Origin: Ginglymostoma cirratum
Taxonomy: Eukaryota
Reading direction: 5' to 3'
DNA: 64,000 bases
Assembly: GCA_024137785.1 (NCBI GenBank)
Contig: JAHRHZ010000274.1
Location: forward strand, 17,846,871-17,910,870
Shown: positions 23,590 to 35,648 of the stretch, in pieces
Layout: every line of letters starts with the position of its first letter
Numbering within the stretch: position 1 is the stretch's first letter
The notes under the pieces: model-generated
The model's database searches: none
What the model was told of the DNA's origin: nothing
What the model saw: only the letters and a program-made list of their open reading frames with translations
Position numbers and translations under genes: made by a program

Positions 23590-25140
23590 ACATAAGAATT
23601 ATGAGGAGGGGTAGACCACCCAACCTTCAAACTTGCTTTATTATTTCATAAGATCATGGCTGATCTGATTATGGCCCCAACTCCACTCTCCTGCCTACCT
23701 CTGCCAACCTTGGAATCTCTTGTTACTTCCTTTGCCTTAAAAATATTCAATAATCTTTCTTGCACCAATCTCCAGAGAAGAGAATCCCATCGTCTAATGA
23801 CTCTCTGAGAGAAGAAATGTTTCCTCCTCTCCATTTTAAATCGGAAACCCTTTATTTTAAACCCGGTTATCGTCTCTCCCACAAGGGAAACATCTTATCA
23901 GCACCAATCATTTCAATTCTCCCAGGATTTTATATGTTTCAACAAGATTATCTCTCCTTCTTTTAAACTCCATTGGGCACAGGCCCAACATGTCTAACCT
24001 CTTCTTATTTGACAAACCCCTCTTCCTGGGAAGCAGTTGAGTGATCATTCTTTGCACTGCTTTAGATGCAATTGTGTAATTTCTTAAATAAGGCAACAAA
24101 AACTGTACACTGCACTTCAGGTGTAGTCTTACCAAGCCCATGTGTAACTGTAGCAACAGCTCTACATCGATATTCCATTCCATTTGAAGTTAACAACAAA
24201 ACTCATTTCACTGACCTAATCACTTCCTATGCCTGCATATTAATATTTTGTATTCAGGTTCCAGGACATCGAGATCACTGTGCTTCAGAGTTCTGTAATC
24301 TCATCTCATTTAATAATATGCTTTTTTTCTATTCTTCCTGTCAAAGTAGGCAAGTTCACATTTTTACACATCAGACTCTATCTGCCAACTTTTTGCCAAT
24401 CACCTAACTTATTTGAATGCCTTTGCAGGCTCATTGTATCCTCTTCACTAATTACTTTCATACCTATCTTTGTGTCGTCAGCTAATTTAACAATTTGGTT
24501 TCTTCATCCAAGTTATTGATTTACTTGTAATTGTATATTGTAAATAGTTGCAGCGTCAGCACTGATCCCCTGGCACTCCTTTTATTACATCTTACCAACG
24601 TGGAAATGACCCATTTCATGCCTACTCTGTGTTTCCTGTTAGCTAACTGTTGCTCTATCCAAGCTAATATCACCTCCTACTACAGGAGCTGTGAAATTGT
24701 TTGGTAATCTTTGAAGTGGCACCTTATCGAAAGTATTCTGGAAATCTGAGAACACCACACCTTCAGGTTCCCCTTTATCTGTGTTACTTGTTAGTTCCTT
24801 AAAGAACTCTAACAAAATAACCCAGTGTGATTTGCCTTTTCAAAAGCATGTTATCTCTGCTTGATTGCACTGAGATTTTACTAGTGCCCTAATCTAAATC
24901 TTTAATAATAGATTCCAGCCCCTCCTTCTGTTAGATATTAAGCTAGTTGGCTTGTATTTTCCAGCTTTCTGACTTCTTCCTTTCGTGTACATTGGAGTTA
25001 CATTCGCTGTTTTCTAAGCTGATGTGACTTTTCCAAAATCTGGAGAATTTTGGAAAATTAAAACCAATCATTTACTGTCTCAGCAGTCATGTCTCTTAAC
25101 CTCCTAGAATTGAATCTATCAGGACCTAAGGACTCATATC
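23590..25140 (-). mobile_element. Decayed CR1 LINE (RT and 3' end)
   Basis: ORF pieces LVRLHLKCSVQF, RRDNLVETYKIL and HFFSQRVIRRWDSL, plus an LADDTK motif at about 24470. Confidence 0.9.
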
Positions 25141-25156
25141 AGTTTTTTAGTTCTAA

Positions 25157-25220
25157 GATAACAAGGTGTAGAGCTGGATGAACACAGCAGGCCAAGTAGC
25201 ATCAGGGGAGCAGGAAAGCT
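25157..25220 (-). mobile_element. Penelope-type terminal fragment
   Basis: GAGCTGGATGAACACAGCAGGCCAAGTAGCATC resembles the end of the element at 59764. Confidence 0.55.
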
Positions 25221-27349
25221 CCTCTTAAATATGGTGCTGGCTTTTTGCTAGCATTGGACATTTGCCTAACTAAAAGCAAACATCCACAAAATGATGACAT
25301 TTCAGGCTCATATATTTTAATGAGAGCATTTTGTCCTCATTTTGCCTTCACGGTACTGATAAAATCATACATTAATTACTATAAGTATGGTAAAAAATAT
25401 ATATTTCAAATTTCCTTTCATTAGCTATACTTGTGAGTGATAGTCACTTAAATTCTTTGAAACAGATCATATCTCTAAATTGTCAATGCCACAAGATGGA
25501 AAATAACTTTATGCACTTTTATCTGATCAAAAGGTTGACCGAGTTTGACTTAAGAATTCAAAACAATTTAAAAAATATTTTTTGTTTAAAATTGCCCAAA
25601 TAAAGCTTGTGAATATTCAGTGGCAATAATAAAGTGTGTGATAAATAATTGAACCCTTTCAGTAAAACAATGAGTAAAAATGAGCAAGACATTTCTCCTC
25701 AAATGTGAATTTAATGAGTTCTTTATAGATTCGAAGTAGCAAACTGCATTCAAACTGGTTTGTGCATATTGACCTTTTCAATCTGCTTGGTGTTAAGACA
25801 AAGGAATAGGAAACTCCTCCAGGACGCATTGGTAGTATCGAGCGGTGTCAGATCAATGTAGCCAGCTACAGGGTGACAGTCCATTTTGCCACTAACCATC
25901 CTGGCATAATGCTCAGAAGAACAGTTAAAACTTTTTAAATTCCCCATGATTGACACTCGAATAAGACTGCTACAAATTTGCGCATCATGCATCCACATAT
26001 GTTAGATACTTGCCCAAAACCTATTTTACATAAAATACCTGTGTTTTGCAGAGCCAAGAGATTTTTATTGCCATTATTTGGATTGTAATTCTAAAGCAAG
26101 GTGGAAGTATCTAATTCACTGCTCCACCTCGACATTGTCATAATCAAGTAAGATTTTGAAGGTTCTTAATGCAACATGACTTTATGAGAAGGGAATGATA
26201 CTGTCATCACCCACGACATTTCCAATGCAGGTCCATACTCTGAAATGATGATATCATTGTTGGTGACAGACACTTGTGCGCATCCACGTGCTTTAAGAAA
26301 GGTAATCGTGCAGTTATATGAAAAAGCTGCTTATTAACTGCTATGATATTGAGCATCTTACATGTGTGCATATGTTCTTTCTAAAAAAATGCCAAGTTTG
26401 TATTTGATTTTGTAATATAGGTGGCAAAGAGTATCTATCTAAGCAGGAAGCTTTACTATAATGCATTTTGAACCCGGTCTCTTAATTGAACATTCATACT
26501 TCCTTCACCCCATCAGCGTCTTCAGGTGACTAGACCTCAAACTTTGAAATTCACATCCTAACTACCTCAATTTCTTTCTTCTCTTTACAAACAATCTGTT
26601 TGAGCAAGCTTTGTTTTTACTAGCATCAAGGTATTTTTTTCTTTATTAAATAAATTGCTTTCAATTCTTCCACGGATTTAAGTTGCTTATGATCTAACAA
26701 TTTCTATTTTTACAGCTCTATTTGTCTTTATTTTTCAGACGTTTTAGCAATTTGTTGTTTCTGCTGCCTTTTTAAAAATATTTATTCTATTCTGTACTCT
26801 TACTGTCATGTAAATTCATATACACTCTTTCATAGCATCTGTCAATGATATTGCACAAAGCAGGAAAAGTGAAGAAACTACTTGCAATTTAAGCAATAGA
26901 TTCCTGTAACCGTTGCCATCTGATACATGGTGTAATTTCTTAGTGTCACCCTTATGTCCATAGGCAATGCTTACTCACTTTATCTCAGGCATTTTGACTA
27001 TCTTCAGCTGACAGTCTATGAATGTCTCTCTCAAAGTATGACATTTGTTTATCGTTGCTGAATGAGTTTATGATGCACGTTCTCCTTTTGAGAAACATAA
27101 ACGTCTAATCCACAAAATGTCTTTATGAGAAGTTTGGAGAAAAGGGGGTGATTCCTATCCCAAAACTGCATCAACTTATGGCCATAGCAATAACTGAATG
27201 GATGAAATGTTGGAAAATGACACGATACTTATGTCTAGTTCTGTAGCCAACAGCCTGGAATATTAATATACAGCATCTGTGATGGGGTGATGAGCACTAC
27301 ACTGGGTCTATACAGCTTTCTACTCTACTCCCATATATTAAGTCACACA

Positions 27350-28276
27350 ACAACAGGTTGTAGTCCAACAGGGATTTATTTGAAATCACAAACTTTCAGA
27401 GTGCAGCTTCTCCATCAGGTGAAGTGGACGGAAGTGCACAGGCACGGATTTTATAGGCAGAGAGGTAATGGCAGGATAATTCCAGGTAATTAAGAGTGCC
27501 AAAAGATAAGTACAAATTGTGCGAGTGGAGTGTCAACAGGCTGAATAACAAGTCTTTGCAGGTGATCAAAAGTGTCAAACTTTTACACTTTAGTAAGCGT
27601 CCTCCAAGGTTATACAACAACGCAGAATCACCGAGCAGAAACAGATAGCCAAGTTCTGTACCCATGAGGACAGCCTCAACAGTGATTTTGAGTTCATGTC
27701 ATGCTACATGTAGCCCGACCATATTGTTCTGTGTAAAATCTTCCTTACTGTTCTGTTTTGAAACCATCACCTTGATAGCTTGTTATTATCTCCCTACCCT
27801 AATTAGCTTGTACAGTTTTGGATTACTTGTTACCTTGGTCAGACCCTCACCATGTGATTCTTATATCCATCAAGCCATTTGGTTTGTCTCTTAGCACCAT
27901 CCTATTTTTGATTTTTTTGTAATTATCTCTCTGCTTTAATTAATCGGATCATAGGTTATCCCTTCACTTGCTAGTCAGCTGTTAATGCTTTATTCACACT
28001 GTCTGACACTTTTGATCACCTGCAAATATTTGTTATTCAGCCTGCTGACACTCCACTCACACACTATTTGTACTTATCTTTTGGCACTCTTTAATTACCT
28101 TGCCATTATTTCTCTGCGTATAAATCCTGTGCCTGTGCACTTCCCTCCACTTCACCTGGTGAAGGAGCAGTGCTGTAAAAGTTTGAGATTTCAAATTAAC
28201 CTGTGGGACTATAACCTGGTGTCATGTGAATTCTGACTTTATCCACCTCAGTCCAACACCGGCACCTCCACCCAAC
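27350..28276. mobile_element. Penelope-like element remnant with about 230-bp inverted terminal arms and a 15-bp TSD
   Basis: 27345-27577 is near reverse-complementary to 28005-28229. The direct repeat ATATTAAGTCACACA lies at 27335-27349 and 28277-28291. Decayed hammerhead cores are present in both arms. Confidence 0.8.
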
Positions 28277-30239
28277 ATATTAAGTCACACATCTCACCTT
28301 ATTGTTCAAGTAAACTCTAGCATGATTTGAACCCAGCCTACAGTTTCTGGACCAGGTGTTGGTTCAATCTATTAAACTGCCTGGGGTGTTGATTGTTGAT
28401 GGTAGGAATATCAGATTGCTACCGCTAAGTCAAGGGCAAATACTGATTCAAATAAAAATATATTTCAATAGGTGACAATGCCAATAGGAAACCATTTGCA
28501 ATTATGTCATTCCTTTCACAACTTCATGATCTTCCAAAGCACTTCAGTTTAAATTAATACTTTTTCTTAATTCATAGAAATTCAGGATCAGAGACATTCT
28601 TCCTGAAAAGGTGTTGGAAGTTGATTTCAAAGTTTGATGATAAGGATCTTTTAGGGTAATGGACAATAGTGGAGTTGTCAGACTATAATGCAACTGATCT
28701 TTCAAAAAGATGGCATACGTACAAGAGGCCAAATAGCTTTCTCTGTGCTGCAAATTTTCATGATTTTGTGAATTTAGTAGTTTTGAACACCAGAGCAGCC
28801 AATTTGCTCACAGCACACTTCTACAAATAAGAACAAGATGGATGTCCAGATAATCTCTTTTTGATATTGAGATGGCAGACAGGATCTTGGTTTAATGTTG
28901 CATCTGAAAGTTGGCACCTCCAGCAATGATGAGCCCCCTCAGGGTTATGCTAGCAAGTCAGCAGGAAATGGAGGGAACCTGAATCTATAACTTTCTGACT
29001 CCAATATAGAGATACACATCCACGAAAATAAATACAACACAATTTCTGTTCTGCATATAATCTCTACATATATCTTGATAGCTATCTTTTAGCTGCACTC
29101 AAAATTATGCCACAAAATAAAACTCTTCAAAGGGCAAAATAGTCCAGACATGAATTAAGTGCAAGTACATTATTGTGTGTAAAGTATACATTTTAAATAA
29201 TATTACATCATTTGTTTTCTTGTCCTCCCTTACACTGGCAAGAAAAAAGGATAAGCAAGTCCACTTTCAGGTGGATATTTTTAAGAAATAAAATTATGGG
29301 ATGAATATTTTAGTAGAATGGTCAGAACAGAAAATAATTTAAAAGGTTTGCTTAAAATTATGTTGTTGTGATAATCCTTATCAGGTCCAAGGCGAATCAC
29401 TAATTAATCACCTTGTGGAGCTTGTTGGGTATGAGTTCCCTTGGTAACAGGCAATGGCCTGCCCATCTGGAACTCATCCCCTGAGCCCTTTATAGAGCAG
29501 ACCAAGGAATGAGTCTGGAGAAGTGTCTGCCCTGGGTTGGGACTAGCCTATGTATTTCATGAGTAATTGCTGTATTTTGTTGTTGCTTTCTGGTTAGGTT
29601 TCCTGAGTTATTACATTGGTGAGGAGAGTCAATTAAAGTTTCAGACAGTCTTGCCTTTCAATGAACCAGGTAAGATCTTGACAGGGAAATTTTAATGAAA
29701 GCTGCTTTTTGGGAAACTGGAACCTTGTGATGTGTGTGGAGGATTGGCCCCAGTACACTGAAGGAATAAGATATTTCTTTTAGGCAAACAGGATAGGAAA
29801 GCATCAACAACAAAATTTCATTTTGCTGACTGCTTGAGGGGCCCCAACTTTCAGCATCATAAATAGCTTAACCTACTTGGCAGTGTCAAAATGAAGATCT
29901 CTTGATGAACTGATAGTGTAGAGGACAATGACCCCAAACCAAATGTTAAGTTCTAGCATTATAGGGTTAACATGGCAAATAAACTTCATGGGGAAACAGT
30001 TACTAAATTCTTGAAGAGACTGCAGAAATTGGCATAACACTGATTATGGGTCAGCACTTTGTGAAATGTTAAGGGATTCTTTATTTTGTGGAATGAATAA
30101 CATTGCAACCCAAAGGGAGCAATTGACTGAGCTAGATCTAGACCTCAAGAAAGCAATCGAACTGGCCCTTTCCCATGAAAACAGAGAAAAGGGGTTCAGG
30201 AGCTTCAGGAGTCTAGACACAGACTAGTAGTCAGCCACT

Positions 30240-30312
30240 TACTCTGTAGCTCAGTGGGTAGTGCGCTGGCCTTGTAAACCAGGGGTTGAGAGTTCAAGCC
30301 TCACTGAGGCCT
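30240..30312 (+). pseudogene. tRNA-Thr(TGT) pseudogene or tRNA-derived retrocopy
   Basis: TAGCTCAGTGGGTAG.GC.CTGG.CTTGTAAACCAGGGGT.G.GAGTTC.A.CCTC.CTG.GGCCT closely follows vertebrate tRNA-Thr(TGT). The acceptor stem cannot pair and the anticodon stem has a C-A mismatch. Confidence 0.8.
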
Positions 30313-30385
30313 GTGGCAACTTCTGCTTCCAAGATCCAAAGGAGCATTTTAAATATAATCTGAAATTATGACAATATCATTTTCA

Positions 30386-30684
30386 GGCAGTATGGTGGCT
30401 CAGTGGTTAGCACTGCTTCCTCACCGCTAGAAACCTGGGTTTGATTCTACCCTTGGGTGACTGTCTGTGTGGAGTTTGCACATTGTCCCCATGTCTGCAT
30501 GGGTTTCCTCCCTCAGTCCAAAGGTGTGCTGGCTAGGTGGATCGGCTATGTTAACTTGCCCGTTGTGTTCAGGCATGTGTAGATTAGGTGAGTTATAGGG
30601 GGTGAGCCTGGGTGGATGCTCCAAGGGCCGGTGTTGACTTGTTGGGCCAAAGGGTCTGTTTTCATACTGTAGGGATTCTATGAT
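30386..30684 (+). mobile_element. HE1-type (V-SINE) element nested in the Gypsy element
   Basis: GGTGGCTCAGTGGTTAGCACTGC head, V-domain GTGTGGAGTTTGCACATT.TCCCC.TGTCTGC.TGGGTTTCC, and HER1 tail CTGTAGGGATTCTATGAT. Confidence 0.9.
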
Positions 30685-33600
30685 CTTTTCCCTTGTACCG
30701 CACAGCCAGGCCCCTAGCAGATAATACTTGCGGGTCCCGTTTGTTGCCAAGGTAGGGTGATTGATTGTATTTGGAGGCTGTAAGGTTCTAGAACTGGATG
30801 GGATGTTTCTCCACAATAGTGAGGATCAAGAATATCTATGCTGTGCTTGTAATCAGAGTTTGACAAAGACAAGGCAGGCAAAACACGTACTGCCCAGGCT
30901 AAAAGGTGGAGACACCTCAAGGCAGGGCTTCGCAAATAAATCAGTCTGAGCATAAAGAATTGACAAAGCCATGTTGCACCCCTGCTCCCAAAGTGGCCTC
31001 AATTAAGATAAAACTCCAGATTAATGGCCACCCCTTACACTTGGAGGTAGACACAGGTGCCACTGTATCTATTGTTGGGAGCAAACCTTTAGGAAACTCC
31101 AATGGGCAGCTTGCCTTTAAGCCAGTGAGACACCAAGGCTCCATTGGTCACATGCACTGGGGAGATCCTACGTATAACTGGGACCACTGTAACCCCAGTT
31201 AAGCATTGGGAACAGACTGTCTGCTTCCCCTTACTGGTCATACAAGGGCCAAGTCCCAAACTTTTAGGAAGGGACTGGATACGGGGAATCCAAATGGATT
31301 GGCATCAGATCTGTAAAATGGGCACTGGTGATCTTTGTGAAGTCATTGGAATGTATCCCAAAGTGTTCCAAGAGAAACTTGGAAGGATAAGAGGTGCCAG
31401 GGCCAAGATCTATGTAGATCTAAAGGTCTGACCTAAATACTTCAAGGCATGGATAGTCTCCCATGCCTGATGTGTCAAACCAGAGGCTGAATTGGAACAT
31501 CTAGAGGAACTTGTTTGCTGAATGGGCCATTCAGACCCAATTTTAAAACCTGACAACTCAATCTGTATCTGTGGGGGTTATAAGGTGACGGTCAACAGAG
31601 ATTCCTGCTTAGACAGATACCCTATGCCACAAATAGATGACTTGTATGCCAGGCTGGTTGGGGGTATCATGTATTTTCCAAACTGGCTATGATCCACACC
31701 TACCTCCAACTGGAGCCTGAGGCATCATCCAGGAAGTATGTCACAATAAATACTCAAGGGACTGTATGAGTACACTGACTAGCCTTTTGGGGGTATCTTG
31801 CACCATCTTGCAAAGGGTGAAGGAGATCCTCCTCCAAGGGATGCCCAGAATGGTGATCTATCTGAATTAGCTTTTAATTTTAAGAACTGCTGCAAAAGAG
31901 CACTTGGAGAGGTTGGAAGAGATTTTGCAGCATTTTTCTACACCTGGCATGTGGCTAAAAAGGAAAATGTGTGTTCCAGGTAAACGAGGTGATGTACCTC
32001 AGACACAGAGTTGACCAGGCCTATTACATCCTGTCAGAGAAGGTGAGGCTATAAAAAGGGGCTCCGACTCCAGGGAACACAACAGAGTTGGAGTCTTTTC
32101 TAGGTCTCATAAAAGATGATGGGAAATTCATACCCAGCCTGTTGATTCTGCTGGTGCCCCTGCATGCCCTGCTAAAAGCATTCAGGAATGGTTGTGGCAA
32201 GTGTCACAAGAGAAAGCCTTTATAAATGTCAAACAGCCATTACTGTCAACAAATATATTAGCTCATTTTGACTGTCTGAAACCTCTCATTGTAACCTGCA
32301 ATGCCTCCCCCCATGGGATGGGGCAGTATTATTGCACCTTTAGGGTGATGGGACAAATATCCAATCACATATGCATCATAAACCACTGCAGACGCAGAAT
32401 GGAAGTATGCCCAGATTGAGAAAGAAGGTTTGGTCATGATATTCACATTGAAAAAGTTCTTGTCTAGGTCTGGCATTTCACTATAGTAACTGATCACAAA
32501 CCTCTTCCAGGAAGACAGGGAAATCTCCCATTACATTAGCTTAGATCCGACTCTGGGCTCTGCCAAGAGGTACCTATGAATACACCTTGGAACATTGTAA
32601 AGGGAGACATATAGCCAATGTGGATGCCTTCAGCCACCTACCTTCACCTCTGAAGATGAATGAAATCATCATGACTTTGAACTTCATGGACACTCTACCA
32701 GTATCTGTGAAGTAAATCCAAGCTTTGACCAAAAACGACGCTACGGTGGTGAAGCTCTGTAAAAGCCTATCTTTTTAAATGGTAGACCACAAGGACGTCC
32801 TATGGAAGAGCTGAAACCCTATATCTCAAATATCAGGAGCTGAGCACAGAAGGTGGCATTATCCTGCAGGGCGCCAGGACTGTTGACTCCCATCCAGGCC
32901 AGTGATTAATACTTAAGCAATTGCACAAGTCCTGGCCACCCAGGAACTTTTAAAATAAAAATGCCCACAAGGAGCTATATTTGGTGGCCTGGCATAGACA
33001 TGGATATCAAAAGCCCGGTCAAGTGGTGCAAACCTTGCCGGGAAGACCAGAAAGACCCACTAGCAGCCTCGCTGCACCCTTTGGGAATGACCAGGGAGAC
33101 CCTGGATGTGAGTACATGCAGATTTCACAGGGTCATTTGTGGGATCTACATTCTTAACCCTCATCAATGGCCATTCAAAATGGATTGATGTGCACCAAAT
33201 GGCGCTCCACTATTTCTTACAACACCATCGCAAAACTCCACCTGTCCTTTAGTATGCATGGTACACCTAAGAACCTTGTAACAGGCAATGGGACCTCATA
33301 TACTGTGAGGGATTTCAGGCCTTTATGAAGGCAAACAGGGGGAGTCACATCCACATGGCACTGTACCACCTGTACTCAAATGGTCTGGCTGAGCGGACCA
33401 TCCAGCTATTTAAACATAACATGAGGATGCAAACTACAGGGTCTTTAGAAACAAAGCTTGCACATTTCCTCTCCAACTATAGGACAAAGCTGCATATGAC
33501 AATGGGAGTAGCACCAATGAAACTATTGATGGGCTGACGCCTTCAAATCAGGCTTAGCCTGACGTTCCCATACTTGGGCGGCTAGGTTGAATTAAATCAT

Positions 33601-34397
33601 AAAAGCCCAGAAAAGGGGCCATGATGGGCAAAAGCCAGTCAGTAATTTTAAACCAGGAGATACAGTCCACGGAACAAACTTTGGTGATGGCTCCCATAGA
33701 TTACAGGAGCTATCCTTAAACAAAGGGGACTGGTATCCTATTTGTTTAATACTGTGGAGAAGTCCACAAAAAAGCACATCAACTACCTCTGTCAGAGGAA
33801 ACCGTGCGCAGAAGCGATTATTTCAACAAACACACCACCAATAGCATCCTGCAGATGGGAATCTTCACCCAGTAAAAGCTTGAAAGCCAGCCCTGAGGAC
33901 TTCTAAGAACTCAGACTCAGAGACACAGGCAGCGGAAGCTCAGTTGGAGGTCACCACTGAGAATGAGCCTCCTGTAGACGATCTTTCATGGTCTTCAGAG
34001 GAGGCATAAACCTACTGATTATACACACTTCCCCCATCCCCGACCAGACCCAGAAAGCATCAGGAATGGGGCTATGGGCAAAGTCATGCAAGAGGCCCCA
34101 TCATCACAGGAATGAGGGATAACCCGCAGACTCTAAGATCTACTAACCCCTTCAAGACTCATTGGGAAATCACCAATTAATCTCCCATGGAGCTTGTTGA
34201 ATATGAGTTTCATTGGCAATTACATATCTAAATGGAACACATCACCTGAGCCCTTTATGAATCTGACTCTGGGACTTGGTCCCAGGGTACCAAATATGCG
34301 CTATCAATAAACCATGTGACAAGGTTACTTTAATTGAAATGGTACCGATAATCGATCATAGCCCCAGAGACATCTTGTGAAGGGAAAGCGAGTTTGT

Positions 34398-34600
34398 CAT
34401 ACACACCTCTGGAGCAGGTGGGGCTTGAACCCGGGTCTCCAAGTCTGGAGGTCAGGATGCTACAACTGCACTACAAGAGGGCAGAACATTTTTAATCAGC
34501 CTTTTCAGAGGTGCTTTGATACATCTCTGAAGCAGGCAGGATTTGAAGCCAAGCCTTCTAGTTCAGCAGCAGGGACACTACTACTGTGAGACAAGTGCCC
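34398..34600 (-). mobile_element. Two tandem short tRNA-derived SINE units
   Basis: Units 34398-34482 and 34519-34600 each read A box...B box...CCTGCT.CAGAG.TGT on the minus strand. Confidence 0.65.
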
Positions 34601-34648
34601 TTGAGCTGTGTTGCATTGGAACTCTGTACATGTTTTTGCCTGTTGGTA

Positions 34649-34692
34649 GGGAGGGGGCAGAGGGGGGCAGAGGGGGGCAGAGGAGGGCAGGG
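34649..34692 (+). repeat. 10-bp G-rich minisatellite (AGGGGGGCAG)x~4
   Basis: Directly visible in the sequence. Confidence 0.9.
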
Positions 34693-35506
34693 ATTGCAGG
34701 GTTTAGCTGGCAGTGAAGGGAGGGTAATCTTGCCGGGGTGTTGTATACCTCGGGAGGGAACTCTCCAATCATACAGCAGCAGGTAATACAAGACTCCACC
34801 CACTAGCCACCCTGACTCCTGCCAGGCTGGTGGCACAGATTCTCTCATTACTGGGTAATGGTGGTTAGATGAAGCCATGAAGTAGGCTAAGAGACTCAAC
34901 TGTGTCACTGGAGACTGGGCTGTGCATGCCACCCCTAACACTGGTATAATTGTGGCAGGGGCACATGTGGGCAGGAAGGCCATCCACAGTGACCACATGC
35001 CCAACAATCTCAAATACTTATTAGGAAAGTGAAATCCACCCCAGACCTTTCCTGCTTCATTTAGTACCAGTTAGTACCGTTTCGTTTCTCAATAATCTCT
35101 GTATGGGTTCCCAATTTCACATAATACAGTGCATAACATAGGAGAACAACCAGTTATTTGCTTTCTGTTAACCAAGTTCTTCAAGTTAATTATTTCTGAT
35201 TAGTTACAGACCACTTTAACATTTATACAGGTATTGAAAACTTAGGAGTGAAAATTGTTCATTTCACTGTGTTAGCTGATAACCTGCACTCATGACAACT
35301 GATACTGCAATGATCAAAGAAAACCTGCAGTTAATTAAACAGCAATTAAAGAACTGAACTCATTTATTAAATTAAAAATCACATTTCAACGTCTTGTTCA
35401 CCTTTATCCTTCCCCAGTTGATACCTTCTCATACAGCCCCGCAGCGTTGCTAAAGGAATAGATTACACTGTACAAGACTTTTATTTTTAATTTAGCGAGC
35501 TCTTAC

Positions 35507-35648
35507 CCAGATTAACATAGGTCCTGCAGTCTGACTCTATGCTACTGGTGGATTCTTCTGAGTTGAATATTGCCGAGTCTTCTGAAGTTGAGATTTGCTG
35601 TTGCGAGCAGGGACTGCTCAAGTCCAAATCTGAGATGCTTCCACTCAT
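35507..35648 (-). CDS. PEAK3: PEAK3-like pseudokinase, coding exon 1 (MSGSISD...CRTYVNL, 47 codons + 1 nt)
   Basis: ATG at 35648 has G at -3. An acceptor (pyrimidine tract then CACAG) ends at 35668 and the donor CTGG|GTAAGA is at 35506. The exon ends in TYVNL-G, like the human PEAK3 TYSNLG Grb2-type pY-x-N motif. Phase 1 matches the next exon. Confidence 0.8.

Larger units (their letters stand above)
29361..34375 (+). mobile_element. Decayed Ty3/Gypsy LTR retrotransposon in intron 1 (antisense to host gene)
   Basis: Homologous LTR segments at 29396-29495 and 34169-34258. The 5' LTR ends TTATTACA (29615) followed by PBS-like TGGTGAGGAG. Protease LEVDTGATVSI, RT DRYPMPQIDDLY, RNase H CNASPHG, and integrase WWPGIDMDI..VKWCKPC and SNGLAER occur in PR-RT-RH-IN order, with many stops and frameshifts. 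Confidence 0.92.

Noticed and set aside
27350-28276. MITE or DNA transposon interpretation of the long inverted repeat
   Set aside because: The 15-bp TSD, asymmetric arms and hammerhead-like cores fit a Penelope-like retroelement better.
30240-30312. Functional tRNA-Thr gene
   Set aside because: The acceptor stem is unpaired, the anticodon stem is mismatched, and it lies within a retrotransposon.
34558-35013. 151-aa proline-rich ORF
   Set aside because: Produced by the G-rich minisatellite and repeat sequence, with no domain or splice support.
4322-35648. Calling the gene PEAK1 or PRAG1
   Set aside because: The kinase domain is PEAK1-like, but no large upstream coding exon exists in the 28 kb upstream and the first coding exon has its own ATG, which fits PEAK3.
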